64,000 nt of DNA from Microcystaceae cyanobacterium (GTDB lineage: Bacteria > Cyanobacteriota > Cyanobacteriia > Cyanobacteriales > Microcystaceae): assembly GCA_041746575.1 (NCBI GenBank), contig JBGTGT010000098.1, positions 96,001-160,000 on the forward strand. The letters are read 5' to 3'. The notes under the pieces were generated by a model. It was not told the origin of the DNA and searched no databases. It worked only from the letters and a program-made list of their open reading frames with translations. Below are positions 19,219 through 30,900 of this stretch, piece after piece. A program made the translations under genes and the position numbers. The first letter of the stretch is position 1. The number at the start of each line of letters is the position of its first letter.

Positions 19219-20195
19219 GCTAACACGCTTTTCTTTACCGAAAGAGGTCGTCCTGTGCCACCTCGTTGGACTAAAATTAATTCAGCCCCAATACTAATGG
19301 CAATTTCTTCGGGGGTTAATGCCCCAATATCTAAGCCAATTGGTGCATAAAAAGAAGTTAAATAAGAGGGAGAAAAATTTAACTTTGCTAAGGCTTTTTT
19401 AACGGCTTGAATTCGTTTCTTTGAGCCAATCATGCCCAGATAGTTATAAGTTATTTGATGGTCTAAAATCGTTTTTAGAGCTTCTAAATCGTATTGATAA
19501 CCTCTCGTCACCAAGGCTAAATATAAGGGTTGGTAATGGACAAATTGGGGTAACGCGACGGAAATAGAATCAGTGAAAATCTGTGTTGCTTGAGGATAAC
19601 GAGATTTATTTGCCCATTCAGGGCGATCATCTTGAATAAATATGTTAAATCCAAGCATATTGCCTACTTTTGCCAACTGTTCTCCCACATGGCCAGCCCC
19701 AATAATCAATAAGAGAGGAGGAGGGTGTACAATTTCGCTAAACCCCGTTTCTGCTGAGGGTTCAGTCAGGTTCTTAAGAAGAAGGTATGGGGATTCTGAA
19801 GAAGAAAAAGGCGTAAAAAGAGTAATTTTTTTTCCTGATTTAAGATAATTAAGGATTTCCTGCCCTAAAGCGATCGCACTTTCCCCAGACCATTTTTCTA
19901 ACCAAACTTGCATCGTGCCACCGCATACGCCTTCAGTGGTTTTATGGCTTACCCCTGATAAATCAATCGTTAGTTTCTGCTTTTTACCCGTTTTTAGGAC
20001 AGTTTGGGCAATTCTACAAACTTTGGCTTCTCCTGCCCCTCCCCCAATGGTATTAATCGTTTCTCCATCGGCACAGATAATCATTTTAGCACCGATTTCT
20101 CTGGGAACCGAACCGCTTGTTTGGATAACCGTTGCTAATACCAATTCTTTTTTTTTAAGGGTGTTTAAAAGGTGTTGAAAAAATTGAACAGACAT
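19215..20195 (-). CDS. xdhC: XdhC/CoxI family molybdenum cofactor insertion chaperone
   Basis: GSVPREIGAKM, GTIGGG-like, GVCGG, IGAGHVG, YLGMIGS, APIGLDIGALTPEEIAISI. Confidence 0.9.
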   Translation of the reverse strand: MSVQFFQHLLNTLKKKELVLATVIQTSGSVPREIGAKMIICADGETINTIGGGAGEAKVCRIAQTVLKTGKKQKLTIDLSGVSHKTTEGVCGGTMQVWLEKWSGESAIALGQEILNYLKSGKKITLFTPFSSSESPYLLLKNLTEPSAETGFSEIVHPPPLLLIIGAGHVGEQLAKVGNMLGFNIFIQDDRPEWANKSRYPQATQIFTDSISVALPQFVHYQPLYLALVTRGYQYDLEALKTILDHQITYNYLGMIGSKKRIQAVKKALAKLNFSPSYLTSFYAPIGLDIGALTPEEIAISIGAELILVQRGGTGRPLSVKKSVLA

Positions 20196-20626
20196 GAATC
20201 AATAATAAATGATAAATAATAAATAACAATAGACCCTCAAACTGATTAATAAGTCTGCAACAATCGAAAAACGATGAGGAATCCTCAGCACACCAAACCG
20301 ATAGATACTTGAGCTATTAGGATTAAAGCAATGCCCCTCGAAATTGTTAGTGATCGCTATGATCCCGTATATTGAATAGGTATAGCGGGAAAAAGCGAAA
20401 ATTTGTCCTTGTTTAATCCGTTCATTTTTTTACTCATTTCGGCCAATCTCTTTAAAATATGAGAAAATAAAGATTAAGCAAGCTTATACCATCTTTCTCT
20501 CAAAAAGTGTAGTCGTTGACACAATGATTTTCCTTTGATAGGGACGAGTTTGCCTTAATTCAGCGACCCTCTATTCGACCTTTTTAGTCTAATTTGTAGT
20601 GAATATTTTGATTCCTTAAACTTGTT

Positions 20627-21979
20627 ATGTCTAACTTCTCTAATTTGAATCTTTTACCTTTACCTCCCGGTTCTTTTGGTCTTCCTATTATAGGTGAAAC
20701 AATCCCTTTTTTTCAAGACAGCAAATTTGTCCAAAAGCATCGTCAAAAATACGGAAATATTTTCAAAACACATCTTTTTGGTTGTCCAACTGTTTTTGTG
20801 ATAGACGAGCAAATAAATCGTTTTATTTTAATGAATGAAGAGAAATATTTTGTGTCAGCTTGGCCAAAAAGTACTCGTGTGCTTTTAGGGAATTATTCTT
20901 TAACCACTAATGCGGGAGAATTTCATACCTCTCGACGACGATTAATATATCAAGCCTTTAAACCGAGAGCATTAGCTAGTTATATTCCCACCATCGAAAA
21001 AATCACTCAGCAGTATCTCCAAAAATGGGAAACAATCGCCAACTTAACTTGGTATTCTGAACTCAGACGTTATACATTTGATGTAGCCTGTACGTTATTT
21101 GTCGGTCAAGAAAAAGGGTCAAATACTGTCTTATTCTCTTTGTTTGAAGAATGGTGCAGTGGGTTATTTAGTTTACCGCTCAATTTACCTCAGACAAGAT
21201 TTGGTAAAGCTTTAAAGTGCCGTTATAAACTTTTAAATGTACTCGAACAAATTATTTTAGAACGTCAGCAACAAGAGAATTTAGGCAATGATGCTTTAGG
21301 AATTCTGTTAAATACAGAAGATGAAAAAGGAGAGAAATTATCGTTAGCAGAGTTAAAAGATCAGATCCTCGTTTTATTATTTGCTGGACACGAAACCTTA
21401 ACGTCTTCAGTGACTTCCTTTTGCTTATTAATGACACAATACCCTGATATTTTCATGAAAGTTGAAGCTGAACAAAAAGCCTTAAATTATCCTGAGTTCA
21501 CCCTTGATACGCTGAAAGAAATGACCTATTTAGAACAGGTTTTAAAAGAGGTTTTGCGTTTGATTCCGCCTGTCGGGGGTGTTTTTCGAGAAGTTATTCA
21601 ATCCTGTGAGTTCAACGGTTTTCAAATTCCTCAAGGATGGAGAGTCCTCTGTTCGATTAAAGGAATGCACGAAGACGAAAAATTATATTTCCATGTCAAA
21701 CAATTTAACCCAGAACGTTTTGCACCTCATCTCGAAATTAACCCAAAATCGAACAATGCTTATATTCCTTTTGGGGGGGGTATAAGAGAATGTATTGGTA
21801 AAGAGTTTGCTCGTTTAGAAAGTAAAATATTAGCCGCTATGTTAGCAAGACATTACGATTGGACATTAAGACCCAATCAAAACCTAGAATTGGTGATGAT
21901 TCCGAGTCCTCGTCCTCGTGATGGCTTAAAAGTCTGCTTCCAAAAAAGTTCATCAGTCAGTAAATCTTCATTGAAATGA
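20627..21979 (+). CDS. Cytochrome P450 (CYP120-like)
   Basis: LPPGSFGLPIIGET, LLFAGHET, EVLR, FNPERF, heme motif FGGGIRECIG. Confidence 0.95.
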   Translation: MSNFSNLNLLPLPPGSFGLPIIGETIPFFQDSKFVQKHRQKYGNIFKTHLFGCPTVFVIDEQINRFILMNEEKYFVSAWPKSTRVLLGNYSLTTNAGEFHTSRRRLIYQAFKPRALASYIPTIEKITQQYLQKWETIANLTWYSELRRYTFDVACTLFVGQEKGSNTVLFSLFEEWCSGLFSLPLNLPQTRFGKALKCRYKLLNVLEQIILERQQQENLGNDALGILLNTEDEKGEKLSLAELKDQILVLLFAGHETLTSSVTSFCLLMTQYPDIFMKVEAEQKALNYPEFTLDTLKEMTYLEQVLKEVLRLIPPVGGVFREVIQSCEFNGFQIPQGWRVLCSIKGMHEDEKLYFHVKQFNPERFAPHLEINPKSNNAYIPFGGGIRECIGKEFARLESKILAAMLARHYDWTLRPNQNLELVMIPSPRPRDGLKVCFQKSSSVSKSSLK

Positions 21980-22046
21980 AATTAGAATTAGTCAGAAAAA
22001 CTATTTAGAATTATCCTAATTTACTTCTTAAAAAAGATAGATAATA

Positions 22047-23219
22047 ATGCTTAATTTTTCTTCTCGTATGCAAGCCGTTCAATCGCCAATTATTCCTCTT
22101 ATTGGTCAACTGATTCAAGAGAATCCGGGGACTATTTCTTTAGGGCAAGGTGTGGTTTTTTACCCACCTCCGCCACAAATTCAGGAAGGCATTACTCGTT
22201 TCTTAGCCAATCCGAATCATCATCTTTATAAATCAGTTCAAGGGATATCCCCTCTGCGGGAGGCAATGGCTGAAAAGTTACGTCAAGATAATCAAGTTAT
22301 TCTTAATTCTCAGCGTGAAATTGTGGTGACAGCCGGCGGCAATATGGCCTTTATGAATGCCCTCTTAGCCATTACATCTCCTGAGGATGAAATCATTCTA
22401 AATTTACCCTATTATTTTAATCATGAAATGGCAATTGTAATGGCAGATTGTCATCCTGTTTGTGTGCCAACGGCTGAAAATTATCAACTACAACTCGATA
22501 AAATTGAAGCGGCAATCACAACCAAAACTCGTGCTATTGTGACCATTTCTCCCAATAATCCAACAGGAGTCGTTTATTCTCAAGAAGCCTTACAGGCGGT
22601 GAATCGACTATGTCAAGAAAAAGGAATTTATCATATTCACGATGAAGCCTATGATTATTTTATCTATGAGCCTTATCAACATTTTTCTCCCGGTTCAATT
22701 CCCAATAGTGAAGCTCATACTATTTTGTTGTATAGTCTCTCCAAAGCTTATGGTTTTGCGAGTTGGCGCATTGGTTATATGGTTATTCCTGAATCCTTAA
22801 AAACAGCGATCGCTAAAATTCAAGATACAATTTTAATTTGCCCTCCTGTAATTTCTCAATATGCAGCTTTGAGTTGCTTGAAGGTGGGAAAAAGCTATTG
22901 TGAACCCTATCTAAAACAACTCAGTACAGTAAGACAAATTGTTCTTGAACAATTATCAAATCTTGAAGACTATTGCACCCTTATTGCAACACAAGGCGCG
23001 TTTTATGTTTTTCTAAAAATCAATCGACCCATTCATGATTTTTCTTTAGTTCAATATTTAATTGAAAAAGAGAAGGTAGCTGTATTACCCGGTCATACTT
23101 TTGGACTTAAGGAGGAATGTTATTTACGAATTGCGTTTGGGGCATTACAAAAAGAAACGGTGAGTGAAGGTATTAATCGCTTAGTAGCTGGTATTAAGAA
23201 CTATATTTGTTATAATTAA
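22047..23219 (+). CDS. Class I/II PLP-dependent aminotransferase
   Basis: ISLGQG, SPNNPTG, DEAY, SLSKAYGFASWRIG. Confidence 0.93.
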   Translation: MLNFSSRMQAVQSPIIPLIGQLIQENPGTISLGQGVVFYPPPPQIQEGITRFLANPNHHLYKSVQGISPLREAMAEKLRQDNQVILNSQREIVVTAGGNMAFMNALLAITSPEDEIILNLPYYFNHEMAIVMADCHPVCVPTAENYQLQLDKIEAAITTKTRAIVTISPNNPTGVVYSQEALQAVNRLCQEKGIYHIHDEAYDYFIYEPYQHFSPGSIPNSEAHTILLYSLSKAYGFASWRIGYMVIPESLKTAIAKIQDTILICPPVISQYAALSCLKVGKSYCEPYLKQLSTVRQIVLEQLSNLEDYCTLIATQGAFYVFLKINRPIHDFSLVQYLIEKEKVAVLPGHTFGLKEECYLRIAFGALQKETVSEGINRLVAGIKNYICYN

Positions 23220-23291
23220 TAGTGGTTTTCTAAAAGGTGAAATTTGTTTAGAAATCAAGCAATTGGACAATTACTTGAAATCATTAAAAAA

Positions 23292-23714
23292 ATGGATTTA
23301 TTAACACAATTACATAGCAAAAAACTATTAATCGTTAATCCTCGACGGAAAAATGGGTTAATTCTTATTAAAGAATATCATGCAGAATTTGCTGGGCCAG
23401 GTGCAGTAGTGGGCAGTGAATTTGATGTAGATGTAAAAAGCCTAATTGCCGTCGGTAAACTGTCTTTAATTACCCCACAAACCCCCAAAGAAACGATTAA
23501 TGCCTATTTAATTCGACGACAATGGGTGAGATTAACCAAGCAAATTACCGATAATCCGATTCCTATTCAACGCGCCCAAGTTATTCTCAATCAATTTGAT
23601 AACTGGTTTGATGCAAAAACCACGGCTCAACTACCTGATGACGCATTTGCCTTATTAGTGGGGGTACTGCCCCAAACCATTCATCAGATGCGGGAAGATT
23701 TACAGGCAATTTGA
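23292..23714 (+). CDS. Conserved cyanobacterial hypothetical protein (degenerate Crp-like)
   Basis: HAEFAGPGAVVG and C-terminal HTH-like LPDDAFALLVGVLPQTI; start uncertain (23244 TTG or 23292 ATG). Confidence 0.7.
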   Translation: MDLLTQLHSKKLLIVNPRRKNGLILIKEYHAEFAGPGAVVGSEFDVDVKSLIAVGKLSLITPQTPKETINAYLIRRQWVRLTKQITDNPIPIQRAQVILNQFDNWFDAKTTAQLPDDAFALLVGVLPQTIHQMREDLQAI

Positions 23715-23769
23715 GTCCTTTTAACGATAAAATCAGGAACGATTAACCCTTATTTTAGGAGAACCTTCC

Positions 23770-24477
23770 ATGGCGAATCCCGATTTGATTAAAGTAATGA
23801 AACAGGAAGTGGGTAAAGCGGCTGCTTCTCGCGTTCAGTCTAACACGGTAGTGGGCTTAGGCACAGGATCAACCACAGCTTATGCGATTCAATACATTGG
23901 AGAACGCTTGAAAAAAGGAGATTTAACAAATATTGTGGGAATTCCGACCTCCTTTCAAGCGGAAGTTTTAGCTAAAGAGTATGGCATTCCCCTAACAACC
24001 TTAGACTTCGTTGATCATGTTGATTTGGCGATTGACGGGGCAGACGAAGTTGATCCCCAGAAAAACCTCATCAAAGGAGGTGGAGCAGCGCATACGCGTG
24101 AAAAAGTGGTAGATTGTCAGGCAAATACTTTTATTGTTGTTGTTGATAGTGGAAAATTAGTAGATAAGCTCAATTCTACTTTTTTATTACCGGTTGAAGT
24201 GATTCCTATGGCGGTTACGCCTGTTATGCGCAAAATTGCACAATTAGGAGGCAAACCCGAATTAAGAATGGGGGTTAAAAAAGCCGGCCCTGTCGTCACT
24301 GATCAGGGTAATTTAGTAGTGGATGTTCAATTTGAAAGTATTGATGATCCGGCGAGCTTAGAAAAAACCTTAAATAATATTCCGGGAGTATTAGAAAATG
24401 GTTTATTCGTTGGTGTTGCTGATATCATTTTAGTGGGGGAAATTAAGGACGATAAGGTCATTGTCCGAGAATTTTAA
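23770..24477 (+). CDS. rpiA: Ribose-5-phosphate isomerase A
   Basis: [26 protein letters not shown]. Confidence 0.98.
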   Translation: MANPDLIKVMKQEVGKAAASRVQSNTVVGLGTGSTTAYAIQYIGERLKKGDLTNIVGIPTSFQAEVLAKEYGIPLTTLDFVDHVDLAIDGADEVDPQKNLIKGGGAAHTREKVVDCQANTFIVVVDSGKLVDKLNSTFLLPVEVIPMAVTPVMRKIAQLGGKPELRMGVKKAGPVVTDQGNLVVDVQFESIDDPASLEKTLNNIPGVLENGLFVGVADIILVGEIKDDKVIVREF

Positions 24478-24517
24478 GAAAGATTGGAAGTCTTTTTATT
24501 AATAGCAATAAGGGCTT

Positions 24518-25024
24518 TTAAGGATGAATAATAACAGGCACTCCAGTTTCTGCCCATTTGAATAACCACTCGGCATGATCAACAGCAACATTAATACAAC
24601 CATGGCTAATGGGAGTACCAAAACGATGATGCCAGTAAGCTCCATGAATGGCGTATCCTCTATCATAATACATGGCATAAGGGACATCTGAGATGTCATA
24701 ATCATCCCCTCTCATGTGATCTTTCGCTCTTTTATTGTAAATCTCAAAAACCCCTGAAAGCGTTGGTGTATCTGCTTTTCCTGTAGAAACAATGACAGCG
24801 TAAACAGGTTTTTTCCCTTCCCATGCAATTAACCGTTGAGTGGTTAGGTTAATTTCAATCCAGCGTTCTTTTGAAGTTTTAAGAGCTTGTAATTCTTGAG
24901 CAACTTGAGGGGGAATTCCTTGTGCTTGTAGAGGAGAAATATTATCTATTATTGATCCTAGTATAAAAAAAAGTACTATTCCCCTCAAAAAAGTTCTCGG
25001 AAAAAACCTGAGTAGATTATTCAT
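24518..25024 (-). CDS. L,D-transpeptidase (YkuD family)
   Basis: WIEINLTTQRL, VSTGK..TPT, YAIHGAYWH, SHGCIN. Confidence 0.93.
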   Translation of the reverse strand: MNNLLRFFPRTFLRGIVLFFILGSIIDNISPLQAQGIPPQVAQELQALKTSKERWIEINLTTQRLIAWEGKKPVYAVIVSTGKADTPTLSGVFEIYNKRAKDHMRGDDYDISDVPYAMYYDRGYAIHGAYWHHRFGTPISHGCINVAVDHAEWLFKWAETGVPVIIHP

Positions 25025-25317
25025 GATAACCTCTTCTTTAGTTAATAGGTAAACAAAAATAATAAATGTTTATTGCTTTAAAATTAACAATTAATCATAA
25101 AATTTCCTACTTAGAGCAGTTTCAAATATTTAACGATTAATTATTGCTCTATAAGATCCATGTTAATTCTCATTTTGGGACTTGTCAGGTCAATCGTAAG
25201 ATAAGTCCTAGAACTTTTACAATTCTTAACTAACTTGATAAAACGTTAAGTTAGAATACTTAACGAAATTTTCAATATCTCCATCTGGTTTTTCAGGAAA
25301 ATGCGATAAATTAATAA

Positions 25318-26202
25318 ATGAACCATAAATGGGGTTTTTCTTTTATGCAATTCGATTACTTTGATGTCTTAAAATTTCGTCTGATTAATCATCTTCAGCA
25401 TCTAGTCAGAGAGCGAGATCCCTACTTAAATCAAGGCAATCATTTTTATGTCAAAGAATATATTCGTCAAGAATTTCAATCCCTTGGTATGATTGAAATT
25501 CATTCTTTTGAAGTGAGAGGAAAACAACATGAAAACATCATTTTGAATTTACATTCTTCCTCGGAAACTGTACAAAAACCTGTAATTTTAGTGGGCGCGC
25601 ATTATGATACTGTTCCTCGTTCTTCGGGGGCTGATGACAATGCCAGTGGCGTTGCGGTATTATTAGAAATCGCTCGTTTTTTTAGTCAAAAAGAAATAAA
25701 TTTCCCGCTTAGATTTGTTGCTTTTGATATGGAAGAATATGGACTCTTAGGCAGTCAAGCTTATGCGCAATATTTAAAACAAAATCGGCAAGCTATAAGA
25801 TTAATGATTTCCCTAGAAATGCTCGGTTATTGTACTTCATCAGCCAATAGTCAAATTTATCCTGCTGGTTTAAAGTATTTCTATCCGTCAACAGGAGATT
25901 TTATTGCCTTAATTAGTAATTTAAGAACCTTCAATGAGAGTAGAAAAATGAGTCAAGTCATGCGTCAAAATGTTCCTTGTCAAGGGTTAAGTGTTCCTTT
26001 CAATGGTTGGTTGGTTTGGGATACCCGACGCAGTGATCATTCTCCCTTTTGGGATGCCGGATATAAGGCGATTATGGTGACAGATACTGCTAATTTACGC
26101 AATCCCCATTATCATCGCTCAACAGATACCTTAGAAACCCTAGACTTGGACTTTTTAACAAGGGTTTGTTTGGGATTAATTCAAGCAATCAAAGAAATGT
26201 AA
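25318..26202 (+). CDS. M28 family peptidase
   Basis: GAHYD, GADDNASG, FDMEEYGLLGS, SDH.PF, YH..TDT; start may be 25345. Confidence 0.92.
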   Translation: MNHKWGFSFMQFDYFDVLKFRLINHLQHLVRERDPYLNQGNHFYVKEYIRQEFQSLGMIEIHSFEVRGKQHENIILNLHSSSETVQKPVILVGAHYDTVPRSSGADDNASGVAVLLEIARFFSQKEINFPLRFVAFDMEEYGLLGSQAYAQYLKQNRQAIRLMISLEMLGYCTSSANSQIYPAGLKYFYPSTGDFIALISNLRTFNESRKMSQVMRQNVPCQGLSVPFNGWLVWDTRRSDHSPFWDAGYKAIMVTDTANLRNPHYHRSTDTLETLDLDFLTRVCLGLIQAIKEM

Positions 26203-26276
26203 ACTGTCTATAAAGGTTCGATACTTTAATGATGATATGTTATCAAATTACTTTCAATTTCAATCCATAAATTATA

Positions 26277-27767
26277 CTATTTATTTAGGTTCGATTTTTG
26301 CCAAATTCCTATTAAACTAAAAATCCCAATTATCAATAAGCCAAACGTCATAGAAGGTTCAGGAATTTTATAATCTTCAACTTCACCATGGGAAAGACAA
26401 TCGGCTGAAGGGATAGGGCAATCTGGGGATGAAAAGAATTCGCCTTGTGGGGTTATATCTAAGCTAAGGGGATCCCAAGTCAAACGAAAACGGTTATAGT
26501 ATTTTCTGACGTCTCTTGAAATAGGATAACGCTTTTTGAATAACCCCGGTGCCAGAAAAGTAATTGAAGGGTCATCAGGAATGGTACTCGGATTAAGCGT
26601 GAGTAAATCGTCAATCAACAACTCTTCAGGATGATCAAACATTTTATTTTCATTAAAATCTGTCCACGCACGCAGTTGATAAGGATGATCCCCTAACCGA
26701 GAAATATTAAAAATAACATCAATCCAATGCTTACCAAAAATAACACCATCTTCATCGTCTAATGGGCGGGAAAAAACAAAAGGAGAAGGAATTAAATCAT
26801 CTCCATTTGCGGGAATTGTTGGTCGACCATTATGTTCTCCATCTTTAAACGTTCCTAACCGTTGAAACTCTCCTTCATAATAACGAGGTCCATTATTTTG
26901 TAATAGAGTGTCGTAAAAAAAATTGAGGTTAATAGGGCGATCAGGTGCATCGCCAAAATCCCTTTCCCAAACGGCTAATCCACTGGTAGCATCGCCAAAA
27001 TCATCTACATCAACGATGCCAAAACTTAGGTCATAAATTCCGTCTTCTGTAATGTTAAGATTATAAATTCCTGAACTTTCTCGCACAAAAGGCATTTCAA
27101 TCACTGGCGTAAATCCATCAATATTTCGTTCTCGAACACCTCCTGCTGTATTTGAATTAATAAATAGATTTAGGTCTTCGCTTTCATTAACACTGGTTAA
27201 TCGGATGAAGTCATAAATTTCTTCTGTATCTTCTTCTTCGTCGATAATTTTTTTCACCAGTAGAAAAGCGTAGTCACTTGCATCGATAAAATCAAGCGTA
27301 TCAGGATTTAAAATATCACGTCGTTCATCATTAGAATAAAATGTCCAGCCAAAATTATAGGTAAAACCTTGAGGAAAGAAAAATCGCTTTCTAGCCGCAG
27401 AGCCTTCAAACGCTTCTACAAAATTGTCAATATCTGGACTTAGAAAACCATCTGGAATTTTGAGTGCTGTTTCTAGGCTGAAAGCATCAATAGCCGGTTC
27501 TTCACCTGATAAATTATAAATATTACCGATTTCGTTACCTAAATTACTATCCTCTTCTGCTTGTGCATTGGTTGATAAGAAAAGACTATTCCCTTCTGGG
27601 GTTAAGAATGAGTCGCCGAAGAAATCAATATCTGAGGAAAGTGCAGGACGTTGATTTAATCTGATTTCTATACTAAGTCCTCCTAGTAAGATTATTAGCA
27701 ATGTTATGAATTTTGACAAGTTATTAGACTTTTTAAGATGCAACATAGTTAATTCTGGTGTTTTCAT
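26277..27767 (-). CDS. PEP-CTERM surface protein with GEVED domain
   Basis: Signal-like N-terminus; DFGDAP, DDEDGV, LRAWTDFN, RFRL, GEVEDY; C-terminal IPEPS plus TM segment. Confidence 0.88.
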   Translation of the reverse strand: MKTPELTMLHLKKSNNLSKFITLLIILLGGLSIEIRLNQRPALSSDIDFFGDSFLTPEGNSLFLSTNAQAEEDSNLGNEIGNIYNLSGEEPAIDAFSLETALKIPDGFLSPDIDNFVEAFEGSAARKRFFFPQGFTYNFGWTFYSNDERRDILNPDTLDFIDASDYAFLLVKKIIDEEEDTEEIYDFIRLTSVNESEDLNLFINSNTAGGVRERNIDGFTPVIEMPFVRESSGIYNLNITEDGIYDLSFGIVDVDDFGDATSGLAVWERDFGDAPDRPINLNFFYDTLLQNNGPRYYEGEFQRLGTFKDGEHNGRPTIPANGDDLIPSPFVFSRPLDDEDGVIFGKHWIDVIFNISRLGDHPYQLRAWTDFNENKMFDHPEELLIDDLLTLNPSTIPDDPSITFLAPGLFKKRYPISRDVRKYYNRFRLTWDPLSLDITPQGEFFSSPDCPIPSADCLSHGEVEDYKIPEPSMTFGLLIIGIFSLIGIWQKSNLNK

Positions 27768-27906
27768 AATACGTTGTAGGCTGATGGATGTTAGAATGAT
27801 AATCTCAAGAGTCTGATTTGGTTAATAATTTTCCCAGAAGTTTGATGGTTTCAAGCTCTCATCAGAAAACTTTGTACGACTTGACTTGGCGCAAATCTGT
27901 ACCAGC

Positions 27907-30900
27907 TCAAATAATAAAGTTCTCAGCCTGATCTAAGGCATTAATAGTATGATTTTCGAAGTAGATAAAAGGTCTGGCTCTGCGAATTCCCAGTTCGCCA
28001 TCTTCGTCGTATAGAGCAATCGTTGTATCACCTCGTTGTCCCCAACTCAAATAGCCTTGGTCGATGACATCTTGGTAACCTTTAAATGCTAGATCAAGAT
28101 TCTCGAAGAATTCTGTTAAGACAATGTGATCAATTCCGACTTCAAAATCTGTAATAATGTCATCTCTATCTCGAAGCTCAAGGTAAACAAATTGATCTAA
28201 TCCTGCACCACCCGTTAGTATATCTCTGGCATCAGAGCCGATTAAAATATCGTTCCCCTCACCCCCAACTAAAACGTCTCGTCCATAACCTCCAATAAGC
28301 GTATCATGGCCTTCTGCACCTTCAAGGGTATCGTAACCTAACCCTCCATCCATCCAATCATTACCTGCTTCACCATAAAGCAAGTCGTTAAGATTATCGC
28401 CGAATAGGAAATCATCATCATTCCCTCCGTGAAGCGTGTCATTATCAAAGCCACCAGAAAGACTATCTATGCCGTCTCCACCTGATAAATAATCATTACC
28501 ATCGCCTCCACTGAGAGTATCGTCTCCTAAACCACTGATAAGCGTATCATTGCCATTTTCTCCCCTTAAAACATCATTGCCGTCGTCTGAGGTGAGAAAG
28601 TCATCCCCATCTCCTCCACTGAGAGTATCGTCTCCTAAACCACTAATAAGCGTATCATCGCCATTTTCTCCCGTTAAAACATCATTTCCGTCGTCTGAGG
28701 TGAGAGAGTCATCCCCATCTCCTCCCCTTAAAAAATCATCGCCTAAACCACCTATAAGGGTGTCGTTACCGGCTTCTCCTTCTAAAGTATCGTCTCCTCC
28801 ATTTCCTTGTAGAAAATCATTGCCTTCTCTGCCTAACAAAAAACGACTTTGATCGTCATCAATGAAAGTATCATTAAATTGCGTTCCTTCTAATCCTTCG
28901 ACTGATGTAGGAATAATATCACCAATTGCATCCCCTGTTGCTTCTCCTGTGACTAAATTGAGGAGAACACCAGTAGGAGAATTCCGATAACTAACGGTAT
29001 CAATTCCTTTACCACCGTCATAATCATCGCCTCCTGCACTACCCATCAAGAAATCGTCACCGTTATCACCCGAAAGAGTATCATTATTGTTTCCTCCGAC
29101 TAACGTATCATTGCCATTTCCCCCGGCTAAATCGACGGGGACTAAAACGTCTCTATCGACTAGGGTGATATTATCATCTCCTTCACCAGCGTCTCCAATA
29201 ATTTTTTTAAGGCTTTTATAATCTTGAACGACACCAAAAGAAGAAACTAAAATCGTTTCATTGGTAGCCGTAAAAGCTTCGTGCTGAATGACATAGACTT
29301 CGGCAACATCTCCTCTATTATCATTGCGGAAATGAGCATTTGCTCCAATATTTAGCCGTAAAATACCATCGTTAGCAAAGTTTTTAAATCCTAGATTGGT
29401 TGCCAAGAAAGGTGACTGACTATCTTTTTGATTTTCACCTCTAAAGTCAACTGTAAAATTGAGTAATTCTTCTTCGAGGATTCTGTCTTCAATAACGACA
29501 AATTGTTTTCTTGCTATTGCATATCCAATTGAAGCATCTAGGATGAAATTAATCCCTCCTTGAAGATCGAACAGAGAAAGGGGATTCGCTGTAAATCCAT
29601 CAATCAACTCATCTTTTCTGACTTTTCCTTTACTATTAGGAAGTGTATTAGGATCGATCAAGTCTAAACCTATACTGCCTTCAACACCACCAGCAAGTTC
29701 AGCATAAAAACTCAAAATATTGGCAGGAAAACCAATTCCACCTCTAGCAAACACTTCCAGTCCAAAAATTGCTTCGATAAGGGGATTTTCTCCTTCATCT
29801 TTGATATAAAAACCATTGAAAATATCGTCTATATCCTCGGTGTCTAAAAACTGAGTGAGTCCATAAGTGTCATAGCCAAACTCAATGTCACTCGTCGCTT
29901 TAAAAGTCCCTCTCATCCCCGCTTCAGCGAAAACAGGGCCAGACGAAGCAACAAAAAATAAGACTTCTCCTATATCTTTGTTGATCTGTAACTTTGGTAA
30001 TTTATAGTTAAATAGTTCAACATTTTTACCTAGTAATAAGCCAAAAGCTGTTTGTGGATTTTCGATAATTGGAAATTGTATTCCCAGTTTTTGAGAGGTA
30101 TTTAGACTCTTTTTCTCATCAGTTCCATTAGGCAGTTGTTGCTCAAGAGAAGCAGATGTTTTAGTAATAAAAGGAGTAACAAGGCTTAAATTAAAATTAG
30201 AACTTCGGGGATCATTTCCAGTTAAGTTAAAACTACCTAAATTAATGACTAAATCGCTATCAAGAGGAATACTATTAACAAAATTGACAAAATTTAATAT
30301 TTGTTCGAGGGGAGTAATATCAATACCCAGTAAATCCTTAAGTATGAATTCTCCGATCAAAGAATCACTCGCTTCAATGGTTCGCGTTAAAAACTTAGCA
30401 ATCGGTTCAATCGGTTTAGTAATTTCTTGAATATTTTTAAAAATGGGATCGGCAAAATTGTTAAAAAATGTTCCTAAATCAAGTTGGATCTCATCAAAGC
30501 TAATAGAAGGAATATTCCCATTTTCGCTTTCTCCATCAAATTGCCAATCTAAGGTAAAATCTGACATGATAGAAGGCAAAACTTTTGAATCACCAAAGCT
30601 AGTCGTAAGTCCTAAACTTAAATCAACATCGGCATTAAAATCGGGAGTAAAATTGGGGGTTTCATTTAGTCTTAATTGATGATCGCCATCTTCTACATCA
30701 ATCGATAAACTAATTTGAACTTCTGGTGCAGGATTTTTGTCTTCTATATCAAGTTGTAAAAAGCCTAATTTACCCCCTCCTTGTAAATCAACCCCTGCAT
30801 TCAAGCGAAGATTCAACTCTGGATCATTAAAATAATTTGTATCAAAGTAAAATTGAGGTGAATCAGTATTTGTTTGATCAATCCCAAATGCTAAATTAAG

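Noticed and set aside
20196..20626. Moco riboswitch or small gene upstream of xdhC
   Set aside because: No recognisable motif; the open stretch lacks an in-frame start
28550..28852. Repetitive Ser/Pro-rich plus-strand ORF
   Set aside because: Antisense shadow of the RTX tandem repeats
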